From Botryllus schlosseri (Eukaryota): a stretch of DNA of 64,000 nucleotides. The notes under the pieces were generated by a model. The model was given only the letters and a program-made list of their open reading frames with translations. It searched no databases and had not been told where the DNA came from. The position numbers and the translations under genes were made by a program. Positions 52,901 to 64,000 of this stretch are shown piece after piece; positions within the stretch are counted from its first letter, which is position 1, and every line of letters begins with the position of its first letter. The stretch covers positions 32,862,001 to 32,926,000 of the forward strand of contig CM119372.1 in the NCBI GenBank assembly GCA_051294905.1, given 5' to 3'.

Positions 52901-55900
52901 AGTATCCTTGCCCCGCCAATTAGTCGTGTGATATGCCCATGATTGTCCAACGTCGAAAACCGGTTTAGGATTTATGTTAGAAACCCGTATTTATCGTGGG
53001 TTTTCTCTAGAGCAGTGGTTCCCAACGTGGCGATATCGACCCACAGGGGGCGATTTGGCGGTCTAGGGGGGCGAAAATGACGAAGGGGGCGACAGGGGGG
53101 CGAAAATAGACAAAGGGGGCGACGGGGGGCGAAAATGGCGAAGGGGGCGATGACGCGTCAAATCGGCTGACCTTTTTTTCTTTTTTTTTCTAGTCAACCC
53201 ACGAAAATTTTGTTCCAAAAGTGTGTCAAATACATCGATCCGAAAATTTGACCTTTTTTTTTTCTTTAGTCAACCCGCCGGTGATTACAGTTTGTATGCC
53301 CAATTTTCGGTACTCAAAATTTGGGGGGCGATGATCGGTGTTGACCTTGAAAAGGGGGCGATGGGTCGAAAAAGGTTGGGAACCACTGCTCTAGAGGTAG
53401 TTAACGTATACGTGACGTAGTAAATTTTACTTAATTACCAGTATAGAAAGAGTGATTGCCAAGGCATGTCAAAACTGGTCGAAGTGGAAGTGGTCAACGA
53501 AACTCTGAACGCAGGCTACTGGAGTGAGTAGTGTCTAAAGGTAGTATGTTTACCAGGTAATCGGAGATGGCTACCTTTGAAATGGCAAAGTGTATCCTCG
53601 CAACTGACACAAATTGAACAATGGCATTACAAATAGGCCCAATATTTGGATATATATGTAGTAGGGTTGCCATATTTTGGAATAGGATAAGGACAGGACA
53701 CTTTTTCAAAATTTTCTGACTTCCACTACTGTAGTAAAATCTGGAAAATGGTAAATTTATCACAAAATTGTGGTAGTTGACTAAAAAAGGTCAACTTTTC
53801 GGCTCAAGTCCTGAAATACAGTTTTTCTTTCACATTTTCCGTTGGTTGACTAAAATAACGGACGTTCGAAATAGCGTCATTTATACCCATTTTCACTAGA
53901 ATCTGTCTATCATCTTAGCTCTAAAAGTTGTAAAGTAGGGGAAATTGCCCAAAAAAGAGGACATCCAGGCGTCCTCGAAGGACATCTTCAAAAACTGGTG
54001 AAATGAGGACAAATCCTCCTAAAGGAGGGCGTATGGTAACCCTAATATTTAGTCACCGTTTTATTGGGTCTATCTCACGCGGATTTTATCCACTTTCACT
54101 CATTTTGTCGCTAATGTTGTTATACTACGTTCTGTGAATGTAGGCATCATGTTCACGTTTATATACATTTTTTTCTATACAGCCACAGCACCACAGCCGC
54201 CACAACAACAGGCGCCAGCAGCACCAGCTGAACCAGCAGCACCATCCCTCCTGTCCTACCAGTCCTCCGTCGGTGGGTTGAAAATATACATCCAGGGTCA
54301 ATTAGCTGCGCATTGCTAACACCATCCTTACCATGACAGATCCGTGCGTTCCGAATCCTTGTCCCACGAATTCAGCCTGTAGAATCAATCCAGAATCGGG
54401 TGGAGGCTACTGTCTATGCAACACGGGATACACATTTAACACTCTCGGCCAGTGCATACCAATTGGTTAGTGCAATCATTTTATTCATTCGACAAATTTG
54501 AACGGGGCGCTCGCGGTACGTTGCATAATGCCGTTTGGATGCGAAGTAACGATGAATTTACTTGCATTCTGGGTACATAAATATTGGTAGACTGTATTTT
54601 CGTGGTACCAGAGGTGATAAAAAGGACTATCAGTCGTCGGTACGAAGTGCTACGAAAATCTATCCTCCAATACAAGTTTATGCAGGTAGCTATTTCAAGA
54701 TCATGTCCAGCCCAGTGTCACTGACAAATATATATTTACGTCTTTTTAATTTCGTAACCTGTTGTAACCCATTCTATCAAATTATACAAGGAAGCACTTA
54801 GTGTGTTACTTTACAAAATTCACAGTTTTAAATGTAAGTATTTTGGCCAAAAACTTGCTAACCCCTTGATGATGTACTACAAGAAGGCAAATTATGCTAA
54901 TTGAGCAGTTGAGCACTCCGAAAAAGCAGCACATCGTTACTGAGCACCTTCGTCAAACAGTTCTTTCTACATCTCGTAGTTGAAAACTACCATAAGCCTC
55001 GACTAAAATACTGTTGCTGAAATAAGGTCAGTTATGGTTTAGGAGCAACACTACCAGAGTGAGCAGTGCAAGTATGCATAAATACTTCTGCGAAATAGAA
55101 AAGCACCAACTCTTTGAAACCTTTTTCAATAATGCAGCAACATTGTTGTCATTTTGTGACCGCACCTGATGATATTTTATGTTGCTGCTAAACTAATAGG
55201 CTGACTTCTTATGGGTGCAGCAACGCCACCGACAGCTCCGCCCCAACCGCGACCAACCACCACACCGGTATCATCGAACATTTGTGCGGCGGTGCAATGC
55301 GGATCGTACTCACAATGCGTGGCAATCGGCGGTGTAGGCTATTGCGTCTGCAACGAGGGATATCACTCGTCACAATTGGGAGTTTGCGTTCGTAAGTATC
55401 ATTCAATTCATAATTACTTGGAATGGTTCCAACGTTATGTTCATCTTCGCAATAAGTAAGCCAACCTAAATAGTACGGTAGTTCGTGTTTGCAAATGGAC
55501 TGGGAAGGTTCTACACTGCGGTAAACTTGAAATCTTTGATCGTAAACTTTGATATGCCACTTCCTATCACTATCACGATGACAGCAAGAAAGGGGCGTCA
55601 ACATGAATCTAAACTAAACCTATAACATAGTGACGATTTTTGTTGAAGAGTTGATTCATAAGGAGCGCGTAACGATTCAAATACTTCCTTCCAGACATAG
55701 CAGCCCGATTACAACTTGTCAATTAGGCCTACCCTACTCTTCGACAATGTCGCGATTGGTTTCATGGTGATGGTCAAATGTAGGCTAAGCATTTAATAGC
55801 TATTGGAGCAGTTGGGGTGCATATAAGTAGTAGGCTATGTGCTGGTCTGCTAGTCTTATGGTAAATAGGGATACAGTTCTTATCCAAAATAATAAAAAGA

Positions 55901-58900
55901 TTCGATAGCACACCTAAGAATCTCTGGCGGTACATCACTGAGCCGCGGCCGACCGTTCGGTAATACCTGCTTTAAAATAGTATTGTGACGTGACATATTC
56001 GTTTATTTACAGCGGAAATTACATAAACGTTCGTTGTCACGCGATCCAGAACCCTTTACTGGTGCGCCCTGAGTCATAACAAATACCTTATAAGTATAAC
56101 TAGTATCTGTGGCTTCCCCTCTAGTCGTACAGCATTCCGGGATAGCATAGGTGGTGTTAAGAGACTTATAGAAATCCTTACGAGTAATATTCCCTCTCAT
56201 TTTTCACAAGTCTGCGCGCATTCACCAACAGCTCACTGCGCGGTCCCTTGCACAACAGTGCGTAACGACTAATAAAAAGGTCATCACTTCGGCCTTTTTG
56301 TGCGCTGCACAGATTTTTCTGTGCGCGGTGGCGCACGCGCGCAGCTCAGAGGGAGCATTCCATGCAGGGCTATTCTGCACCCTCTCCATCCAGCGGCATG
56401 CGCACATCCATGATATGCATGCATATATGCAGTATGTAGGCTACAATGTACATATCGATAGTATCCCGGGTTGTAACCAAGTCACAATGACGCTCCGAGT
56501 CACAAATCAATCTCACTTTTACAGTTTTGACTCCACTCGAGTCAAGTCGAGTCATTTTCAATTTACCACCGAGTCAAGTCCGAGTCCAAGTCATTGTGTT
56601 GACTACTCAGTTTCCCGTTAAAGTCTTGTTAACCCCACTTTTTGTAACTCTGTTTGGTCATATCGAATGTATGATATACTAATTTTCCACATTTTTAGCA
56701 GTTTCTGGTCTCATTTTCAAGTACCAGTACCGATAGACGAAATCCCTATAGGCTGGTTACTTTACTATTCTTCGAAATTACAATTACATGTCGGTCTTGG
56801 CCGCCTGAGTCTCGAGTCATATGACTTGCTTCGAGTCATGCGCAATGACTCGAGTCCAAGAGTCCACAGATTGACTGGAGTCGAGTCGAGTCATTTCCGT
56901 ATTTTGAGAAAATGACTCGAGTCATTACAAACCTGATAGTATTTATATCATGAGTCGACGTATATGCCGCAAAAACATCAAAGGCAGAAATATAAAACGT
57001 CCTAGTCCTTTTCCCCTATACCTGGCCTACGAAATACCACGATTGTCATCTCTCACGATATGCAGCATTTGCATATGCAACGCGAATCTTCACTTGGATA
57101 TTAATGAGACTTCTTATGTTGACGCATGATACCGAAGGTGAACGTTTTTATATTTCTGGAATATTTTTGTTTCCGTTAATCAATCATTTGTTATCAATTC
57201 CACCAGTTCAAAATAATGCGATGAAACGAAGGATTTCAACTTACAAACTCCTAAGTCTAGATTGCAACTAAACGGCTAAAATTCACATCGATCAGTATGC
57301 GGATCGGCCAATTTGGCATTTACAATTCTGTATGAATTCAATAATTGTGTGTAGCCAGATTCTATAATTCTGAGACTCGGTGATGCACAAAATCAATTGA
57401 GGACTGAGAACTAGGGATGGTGTGAACCTCTGAAAGGTTCAGGTTCGTGTGAACGCGAACCTTTTTGAAAGGTTCTGTGTGAACGTGAACGTGAACCTCA
57501 TGACGTCACGTGACGTCATATTGCTAATTCCAACCCAATATTAATGTTCAATTGTACGCGATACCTAGCGACGACTCGGGCCACATAATGCCACATATTG
57601 GCGTTTTAAATGTCGCCAAATGTATCAACTGAGGCAATCAAATGATATAATAATTCCATAAAATCAATATCTTCCGTCGCTTTGCCGACAATTGCGACGA
57701 GGACTTACCAGGGAATATAAGCTTACGCCTTAACGGTCTAGGCCAGACCGTACAATGTAGTCGGCGTCTGAGTTGATATTGAACAGAGTGTCAAACAGGT
57801 TTCTATACTTGTCCCCGATATTACCCCATTAACAAGTTATACGGCAGTAGCCAACACCTCAATCGCACGGATTTGGTTTTAATGATACATTAACATATGA
57901 AGTCAAGATCGCGCCTGCTTGATTTTTTACATCACAAAACGATATCAATCTCATTGATTGGTTGAATAAGCATCATTCGCTGACTACATGTAGTGTATTT
58001 CGCTCGTGATGTTGTGGGATTGCGGGTCAAGCTCACAGCAGAGAGTCATATCTAGCTTTCCGTTTGTAATCACAAACGGAAAGCTAGATATTTCGAGCAA
58101 ACTTTTGTAACAAAGCAAGTAAAATTTTTGAGATTGCCAAGGTGCATGCTCGTTTATTGTTGATTTTTTTATGCTGCCAGCGCCGTGCATAGAGTGACCC
58201 GCAGTTGAAATGCAATAAATTTGAACCAAAGATGTTATAATGAAGTGAAAATTGTAATATATGAAAAAGGTTCACAGTGCAGAACCTACCAAGGTTCTGT
58301 TGTGAACGCGAACCTCTAAATTTCCGAGGTTCACACACAGAACGCGAACGTGAACCTCACGTTCACACCATCCCTACTGAGAACCACTGTAGTGAAGTCT
58401 AGCACAGTACAATATACACACTCACATTACGATAGAATATAGCATATTGTTTGGATCAAGCTGTTTCAGATTTGATCATCATTTGTGCAAATCATTGAAT
58501 GTAGATCCCATTGCTTTCACTTCCTCATCGTTTCTTTCCAGGCAATGACGCGTGTTATGGAGTCGACTGCGGTGTTCATGGTGTTTGCAACGTACAGGGA
58601 ACTGTTGGAGTGTGTCAATGCACGGCAGGATACAGGCGTGTAGGCAACGTTTGCGTAGGTAATAGACTCTCCACTATGCTGTAATATTATTGTTGAATTT
58701 CCACCAACGTTGTCAATAGAATAGAGTATGCCAGCGCTTCCCCGTAAACAAAACTAGCGCCAAACGCCCATTCGTACATCCTTTCGCTGTCACTTTGTGA
58801 AACTGCACTGCCCGACACATAAACCTGCAAAAGCTGACGAAGCATTTCCTGCATCATGTAGCCGCTAAGCACGCCATATGTCTTTGGCACATATAGTTCA

Positions 58901-61900
58901 ATCCTGATCTAGATATCTGGATACCACTCGCGTATACCCCGTTATTCATAAATCCTCACACGATGCAAGCATTGGCAATCTTCGTTGAACACTCTGACCA
59001 GTGTAGAGAACAGATCAACTCCTTCGAGTGTGATATAAAATCAGTGCCAACTCCAATTGTGGTGACGAATCTGTAAGAATTTCCCGTGCCTACCTGACTC
59101 AGGCTGGAATAGCTACCGTAGGTTGGTCATCCATACTCAGACAAGGAATTGCCATACTTTACGTCATAGTGACTTTTTGCAGAATTCTGTCGGAATGATT
59201 TACATGACATATTTTCCGTTCAGTTATTTCTGCGTGTACTGGTGTTCAATGTCAACAGCACTCTACGTGCTCGAACGGAGCCTGTGTGTGCAATACCGGT
59301 TTTGTGCAGCCTTCTCCTGGAACGTGCGTGCCAGGTATGTCACGTATATTATAGGTAAAATATCGTGTACTGATCGCTTATTATCTCAGCAAACGCATGT
59401 TCATCGACGACATGCGGTCCGAACCAAGAATGCTCTGTCAATGCGGGACAGACTTTCTGCATTTGTAAGCAAGGGTACATTCCGGATGGATCAGGAAACT
59501 GTGCTGGTATGTGTCGTGTAATTCCGTTAACTCGATAGACTTTGACTGACCGTAACTACGAGGGAATAGTACGCTGTCCATCAGCAAAAGTAGTCATGGA
59601 GGCTACTCAATTACAATGAACATGTATAGCGATTTTCCAGACATGCTCAACTATAACAGATGTATGTGGTGAAGGGTTATTGAGAAAAGTACTCGAGTTA
59701 TTTGAAAAAAGAAGTTTTGGACAAGGTCTAACAGACTTGTATCGGTCAATTGCCGGCGACAACTTTCAAAATTCCAAAATCATTGAGGAGCTGATTACAT
59801 TGCAGTATACAAAATTTTTTGTTCAACCCGAAGTTTAATATCTCCAATCAGTCGTTCTGGATACAGATTTAACTCTAATAGAAATACTCTTACTGGAGTC
59901 GGGTTGACTTTTTCATCGTTGCCCTTCCCGCTCATATTTGATAGAACGTGTTTTCAGTGCCGTGACAAGGTTTTTGGCTCACAGCAACAACCGATTTGAC
60001 ATTACGAGACGTGGAGACTGGAGATTTTAGAATGAGATTGTTCTTATCAAAACTGAAACCCAATATGACGAAGATGATGATAATAATACACCAGCTTCAT
60101 CCGTCTCGGTATTATTTTTAACAAATGCAAAACAACTTTCGTTTTGTGATTTACGCGTGGTGAGCGGGGTTGGGAGCTGGCACTTTATTCGTTGTCTAGG
60201 GGAGCGGTAGCTCAAAAAAGTTTGGGAAACACTGGATTAGATGCACGCCTTCTCCTTTGCGACCGGCTGTATTTCTTGTGGTCTGCTTGATACACTCGTA
60301 TTCCCGAATTATCGCGCATTGTCATTTGTCAGTGTACCATTCGATATGAACACGGCGCATTGTGCACGACATTGAATTTCGTTGTCAAATATTGATGCAT
60401 CACGAGACGGCACAATTCTGAATTTATTCGATTCGTTTGGACGGGCAACATTCTATATTCCATTAAACGTGATTGCTGGTCGGAATGTTATCGAGAGCAG
60501 TAATATCAAATTACAAACTATTGGGCATTTGGTAGACAGTGGATTTCTACAGATAAGATCACGGCATGCGCCCGGAATTAGAATTAATTATAGCCCATAA
60601 TCGTTACATTAAATAGAAATATGACGTGATATATGTTTGCGGCATATACACACCGATATACTCCATAATCCAGGGGTGGGCAAACTACTGCCCGCGGGTC
60701 GCATGCGGCCTGCGAAAGCCATATGAAACGTTGTAAAAATATTGATCAATGAAATCCAATTACTGCGGGTACTTGATTAAACTTTTTCTTAATATATAAT
60801 GCTTCAACATGAGAATGATCAGTTATATTCTTATTCTTACCACAGTATTTTTTTTCATTTATTTTATTGATGTCGCGATAGTCGGACCTCGCGGCTCATG
60901 CATTTTTAAAGGTTGGAATTGCTAAACATCGCAGAAAATGAAACGTGAATGACTTAATTCAGAACACGGGAGTGATTTCAGTTTGACAACACGAGCAAGT
61001 TTATTACATTTGGTGCTACTTGGATGAACCGATTCACGAGTGTGTTGGCTAGATTCGTTCTTTATGTGTGTAGGGGTATTTATATTTATAATATTTATAT
61101 ATTGTAGAAGCGTATTTAAAGGTAACATGGTTATGATGCTGTCAGCATCGTGTGTCCTGGAATTAAAACAAAAGCACAATCAGCAAATCGCTGCTCACAG
61201 ATTCAAATTTACAGCCATTTCTAAGAATTGGGACAACCGACTTGCATCCTTACTTTTGACAATGAGGACTACCATCTTTTAAATTCTCAGCAATGTTTCT
61301 GACGCGTGTACGTTATCATCAAATCAATGTTTGATTTGTTTAAGATTTACAAATACATCTGTATTATTTCCATGCTGTCGGTCACGATATACTCAAATAA
61401 CAATATTGAATTTTGGCTTAGTATCGCAGTTTTATATAGTGCGGCCCGCGAGCTAAAAAGTTTGCCCACTCCTGCGTAAATCGCGAAATGCAGGAATGCC
61501 GCCAAAATCGCTGTTTTAATCTGCAAACAATTACCGCGATGCGACCTAGGCTACTCCACGCGAAGTCAGAAACCCAGTGTGCGGGCCGAAAGAGACAATT
61601 ACTGATTGGTTGCGCGCTTTCGTGTTTGTAGTCGTCATTCTTGCCTGCTTGAAACATAATATTCCAGAGTCGCGCATTGCGAACTTGCCAGTGCGTAGTA
61701 TATTTCGTTACTCGCACGGCGCATTGTGCGCGAATTACATTGACAAAGTTTTCAGCAGAGGTGGTCAGTATCGAAGTACTTCTACTTTTTCGAAGTACTC
61801 AAGTAGTTTTCCTCTACTTCTGGTACTTACTCAAGTAGATCTTTTTTTCGCTACTTCTACTTGTTAATATTTTGTGAACTACTTACTTACTTTTCACTAT

Positions 61901-63523
61901 TTTCAGTTTGTCAAGTAGAAGTAGAATAATCCCCCCATAAGAAAGATAGCCTAAGGAATTTGGGGGCTGTTTTCACGTAGTACAAACATTGAATTTTCAT
62001 AATAGTCATGTAATACCCAGGATTTTCGTTGCGCTTCGCGCACAGTAGATATGATGGGAGAAATGTGTTTTAACGAAAGTATCGCTGAATATAATTTAGA
62101 CACCGGGTTGCGTGGTTCCGTTCACACCGCATTGCCGCCTATACCAAATATTTCATCACAGTAAGTACGACACCCCATAACGTTTGAAACTATCGTTTCG
62201 CACTTTAGCAATAACCTATTATACCTAGCAGCCCACGAAGTGTCCTAATATGGAAAAGTGGACTGATTTTTTTAATGTTAGACCTGTTTTAGCAGACCAC
62301 CGTTGAAACTTTCTGGACAAAAGACATGAAATATATTTTCCGCTTTTTAGTAGTAGTATTTGCATTTTTCTTTCAATTAGGAGTATTATACGTTGAGTTC
62401 TAATCATAGTTTCAGTTCTTTTGTCTGGAAAACACAAATGTTGAAGTATAGAAGCAAGTCTAATACTTTCCGAAATTAAAGCTATATACTATATGGCATT
62501 TTTACGATTTGCCATGTTTCTAATTAACGCATACTAATCGCGCAAAATGTTTAAGCAGTATCCGACACAATTTCTCCGTATTGCTCTTCGACTGAGCTAG
62601 GGACATTATAATATGGGGGAGGGCGCCATGGCATGATATTTTCTAAACGGAGTGTTCGAGAAAACAAAGAATTAGTATCGCATTCCATATCAACACTATC
62701 ATTTACATCCCATGATATGGACGACTGCTTATTCTGTCAAAAATTGACATTGACATTGAAATTGCATCAATATGAATCAAGCTCTCTACACCTTCCGCAT
62801 TCGTCAATTTGCGGATTTTGATATTCCATGCGAACGAATGACGATCATTTTCACAACTACTTACTTACTTGAGTAGATTTAAAGTCAGTCAATTCTACTT
62901 CTTCTTCAAGTAGTTTTAGGTTGTGTATGAAAGAAGTACTTCTACTCGTACTTGAGTAGATTTTTTTCGTCGCTACTTCTACTTCTACTTGAGTAGCTTG
63001 CTTGACTACTTTGACCACCTCTGGTTTTCAGTGACATACATTTCAATTTTATTCGATGGATTTGAACGGGAACCTTCGGTATTCCATTAAATCGATTGCC
63101 GTCGGACGGACTGGTAACGCAGTTCCACTTTTCAATGATCGTAGGCTACCGTTTTAAGATTCCGTTTAATAACTCGACTGTATAGCTTGATGTTAATGAG
63201 TGCAGGACCGGTATTAAAACGTCACGTGAGTGGTTTAACAATCAGTAAGGTGCGTTCTAGTGCGACTATGACGTCACCGATTGTGGAATGATTATGACGT
63301 CACATGACGTTGCATATTCTTGTTGAATATACATCAAACTGGAAATGGGACGTCATGACATTGCTAATAACTTGCGGCACTTAATTTCCTATTTTTACAG
63401 CTCCCAACGCATGTGGAATCGCAACATGTCCCCAGTTCAGCACCTGTTCCACTGAAGGCGGAGTGTCTGCGTGTATTTGTATATCGGGATATGTCTTTGC
63501 CTCTGCTACGCAAACGTGTGTTG
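37866..63523 (+). CDS. Secreted mosaic protein: signal peptide + DOMON + CCP/sushi + low-complexity linkers + >=7 EGF-like domains (continues beyond window)
   Basis: Exons 37866-37929 (MERLTVILAAIASVCGQVFQE), 41997-42136, 42200-42385, 45745-45868 (DOMON), ~46717-46983 (CCP; alternative in-phase acceptor at 46768), 52367-52477, 52540-52665, 54183-54272, 54340-54465, 55221-55391, 58542-58658, 59224-59334, 59390-59506, 63401-63523. All have GT-AG boundaries, compatible phases and no in-frame stops. Confidence 0.85.
41997..45868 (+). CDS. DOMON domain (3 exons)
   Basis: DSVTFTITASVQANRWAGLGFSNDRSM/TNSDAVVG...LTYSFTRP.../DLSLDECRYMIFAWNG...FRH matches the DOMON pattern W(V/A)xxGFSxxxxMxxxDxVxG ... 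FxRP ... YxxxAxG ... H. Confidence 0.88.
43391..43921. mobile_element. hAT-type MITE, copy of 19378-19893
   Basis: Colinear similarity; tagggc / gcccta ends. Confidence 0.82.
44796..45610. mobile_element. hAT (Charlie-like) MITE
   Basis: cagggacgggcaac / gttgcccgcccctg TIRs; TSD ATCTAGAT. Confidence 0.87.
46717..46983 (+). CDS. CCP/sushi domain exon
   Basis: CGPPPDVEFA...IVFTCAAGYTLNGPQSLSCVEGGTWNNDAPAC: four Cys plus conserved Trp; gtaagt donor. Confidence 0.92.
48435..48620. repeat. Minisatellite, ~35-38 bp unit x5
   Basis: acaactactgaattttcaaaatc..caactagaact repeated in tandem. Confidence 0.9.
49379..49668. mobile_element. hAT (Charlie-like) MITE nested in another MITE (~49242-49961)
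   Basis: caatggttct / agaaccactg ends; TSD GCTTAGGG. Confidence 0.8.
52540..63523 (+). CDS. Array of seven EGF-like exons
   Basis: Six-Cys modules with CxCxxG(Y/F): DPCNPNPCPANSQC..CECNAGY..C; DPCVPNPCPTNSAC..CLCNTGY..C; ICAAVQCGSYSQC..CVCNEGY..C; DACYGVDCGVHGVC..CQCTAGY..C; SACTGVQCQQHSTC..CVCNTGF..C; NACSSTTCGPNQEC..CICKQGY..C; NACGIATCPQFSTC..CICISGY..C. Confidence 0.9.
53013..53388. mobile_element. hAT (Charlie-like) MITE, inverted sister of 7433-7822
   Basis: cagtggttcccaac / gttgggaaccactg TIRs; TSD CTCTAGAG. Confidence 0.9.
53662..54044. mobile_element. hAT-type MITE, AAAGAGGAC family
   Basis: tagggttgccata / tatggtaacccta TIRs; TSD ATATGTAG/ATATTTAG. Confidence 0.83.
56466..56935 (+). 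mobile_element. hAT-type MITE, GACTCGAGTC family
   Basis: Similar to 27087-27670; TSD ATAGTATC/ATAGTATT. Confidence 0.82.
57412..58376. mobile_element. hAT-type MITE, GTGAAC/GCGAAC family
   Basis: tagggatggtgtgaac / gttcacaccatcccta TIRs; TSD CTGAGAAC; right-end fragment also at ~32400-32516. Confidence 0.88.
60671..61474 (+). mobile_element. Internally deleted Charlie/Buster-like hAT element with a transposase C-terminal remnant
   Basis: caggggtgggcaaact / agtttgcccactcctg TIRs; KSTISKSLLTDSNLQPFLRIGTTDLHPYF (~61170-61258) resembles the hAT dimerisation-domain tail. Confidence 0.72.
61756..63023. mobile_element. hAT-type element, TACTT-repeat family, long version
   Basis: cagaggtggtca / tgaccacctctg TIRs; TSD GTTTTCAG. 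Confidence 0.85.
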
Positions 63524-64000
63524 GTGAGCTCTGCAACTTTTCCAATTTTCCTGGAGTCTCCAATCGCAAACTATTACATTTAAATATAGTCAATCGTATA
63601 GCGACGCATTGCAACATGGTTGTACCGATTACTTGTGGTCATTGCTCAGTAACGAAGTATTTCTTTTATTTTTTTATTATTTTGTGTGTCTTTTTCTTTC
63701 CTCTGTTATCTTCTATATGGGTTACAGACTATCTACTGTTGACATGTTGAAATGAATACACTGTGTTACTCCCCCAGTCGTTTTAGGTTTCCCCATATTT
63801 ATTTCCATCCAGTATTCATGCCTCTTAATTACGTCGCCCAAGACCAGTGGTTCCCAACCATTTTGTCTTCGCGGACCGCCTTTGAACCGTCACAGACTTC
63901 CGCGGACCCCCAGGTTTTAGTTCAAATATAGCTCTATCGTGCAACCGTCATCTGTCTTCTTCAAGTATTAGTTGTAGGCAAGTATTAAACAGCAACAAAA

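Noticed and set aside
58687..58890. Antisense 67-aa ORF in an EGF-gene intron
   Set aside because: No recognisable motif, ATG context or splice structure.
972..63750. Most short ORFs in the supplied six-frame track
   Set aside because: The locus is spliced eukaryotic DNA; these ORFs fall in MITEs or introns, or are antisense/off-frame to real exons, and lack recognisable motifs.

Overview
Eukaryotic, intron-rich, transposon-saturated animal genomic DNA. It looks like a marine invertebrate, plausibly an ascidian; this is an inference from the ~55-80 nt minimal introns, domain content and repeat types. Two spliced host genes lie on the + strand. The first is the 3' two-thirds of an M1-family aminopeptidase N-like gene (16 exons, 363-10387) with intact GAMEN and HEXXH-x18-E motifs. 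The second is a secreted mosaic protein gene from ATG 37866 running past the window end: signal peptide - DOMON (putative haem ligands Met/His) - CCP/sushi - Thr/Ala/Pro linkers - at least 7 EGF-like modules on phase-1 exons. Intergenic and intronic space holds a decayed R4/Dong-like RLE-type non-LTR retrotransposon fused to a 5'-truncated Crack/CR1-type LINE, a second Crack-type LINE fragment, two tRNA-derived SINEs, a TcMar-m44-like transposon remnant, an antisense CACTA/EnSpm-like element with a spliced SAMD3-like gene, and about 20 hAT-type MITEs with 8-bp TSDs, several nested. Most ORFs in the supplied track are spurious. All calls come from manual reading; no database searches were run.
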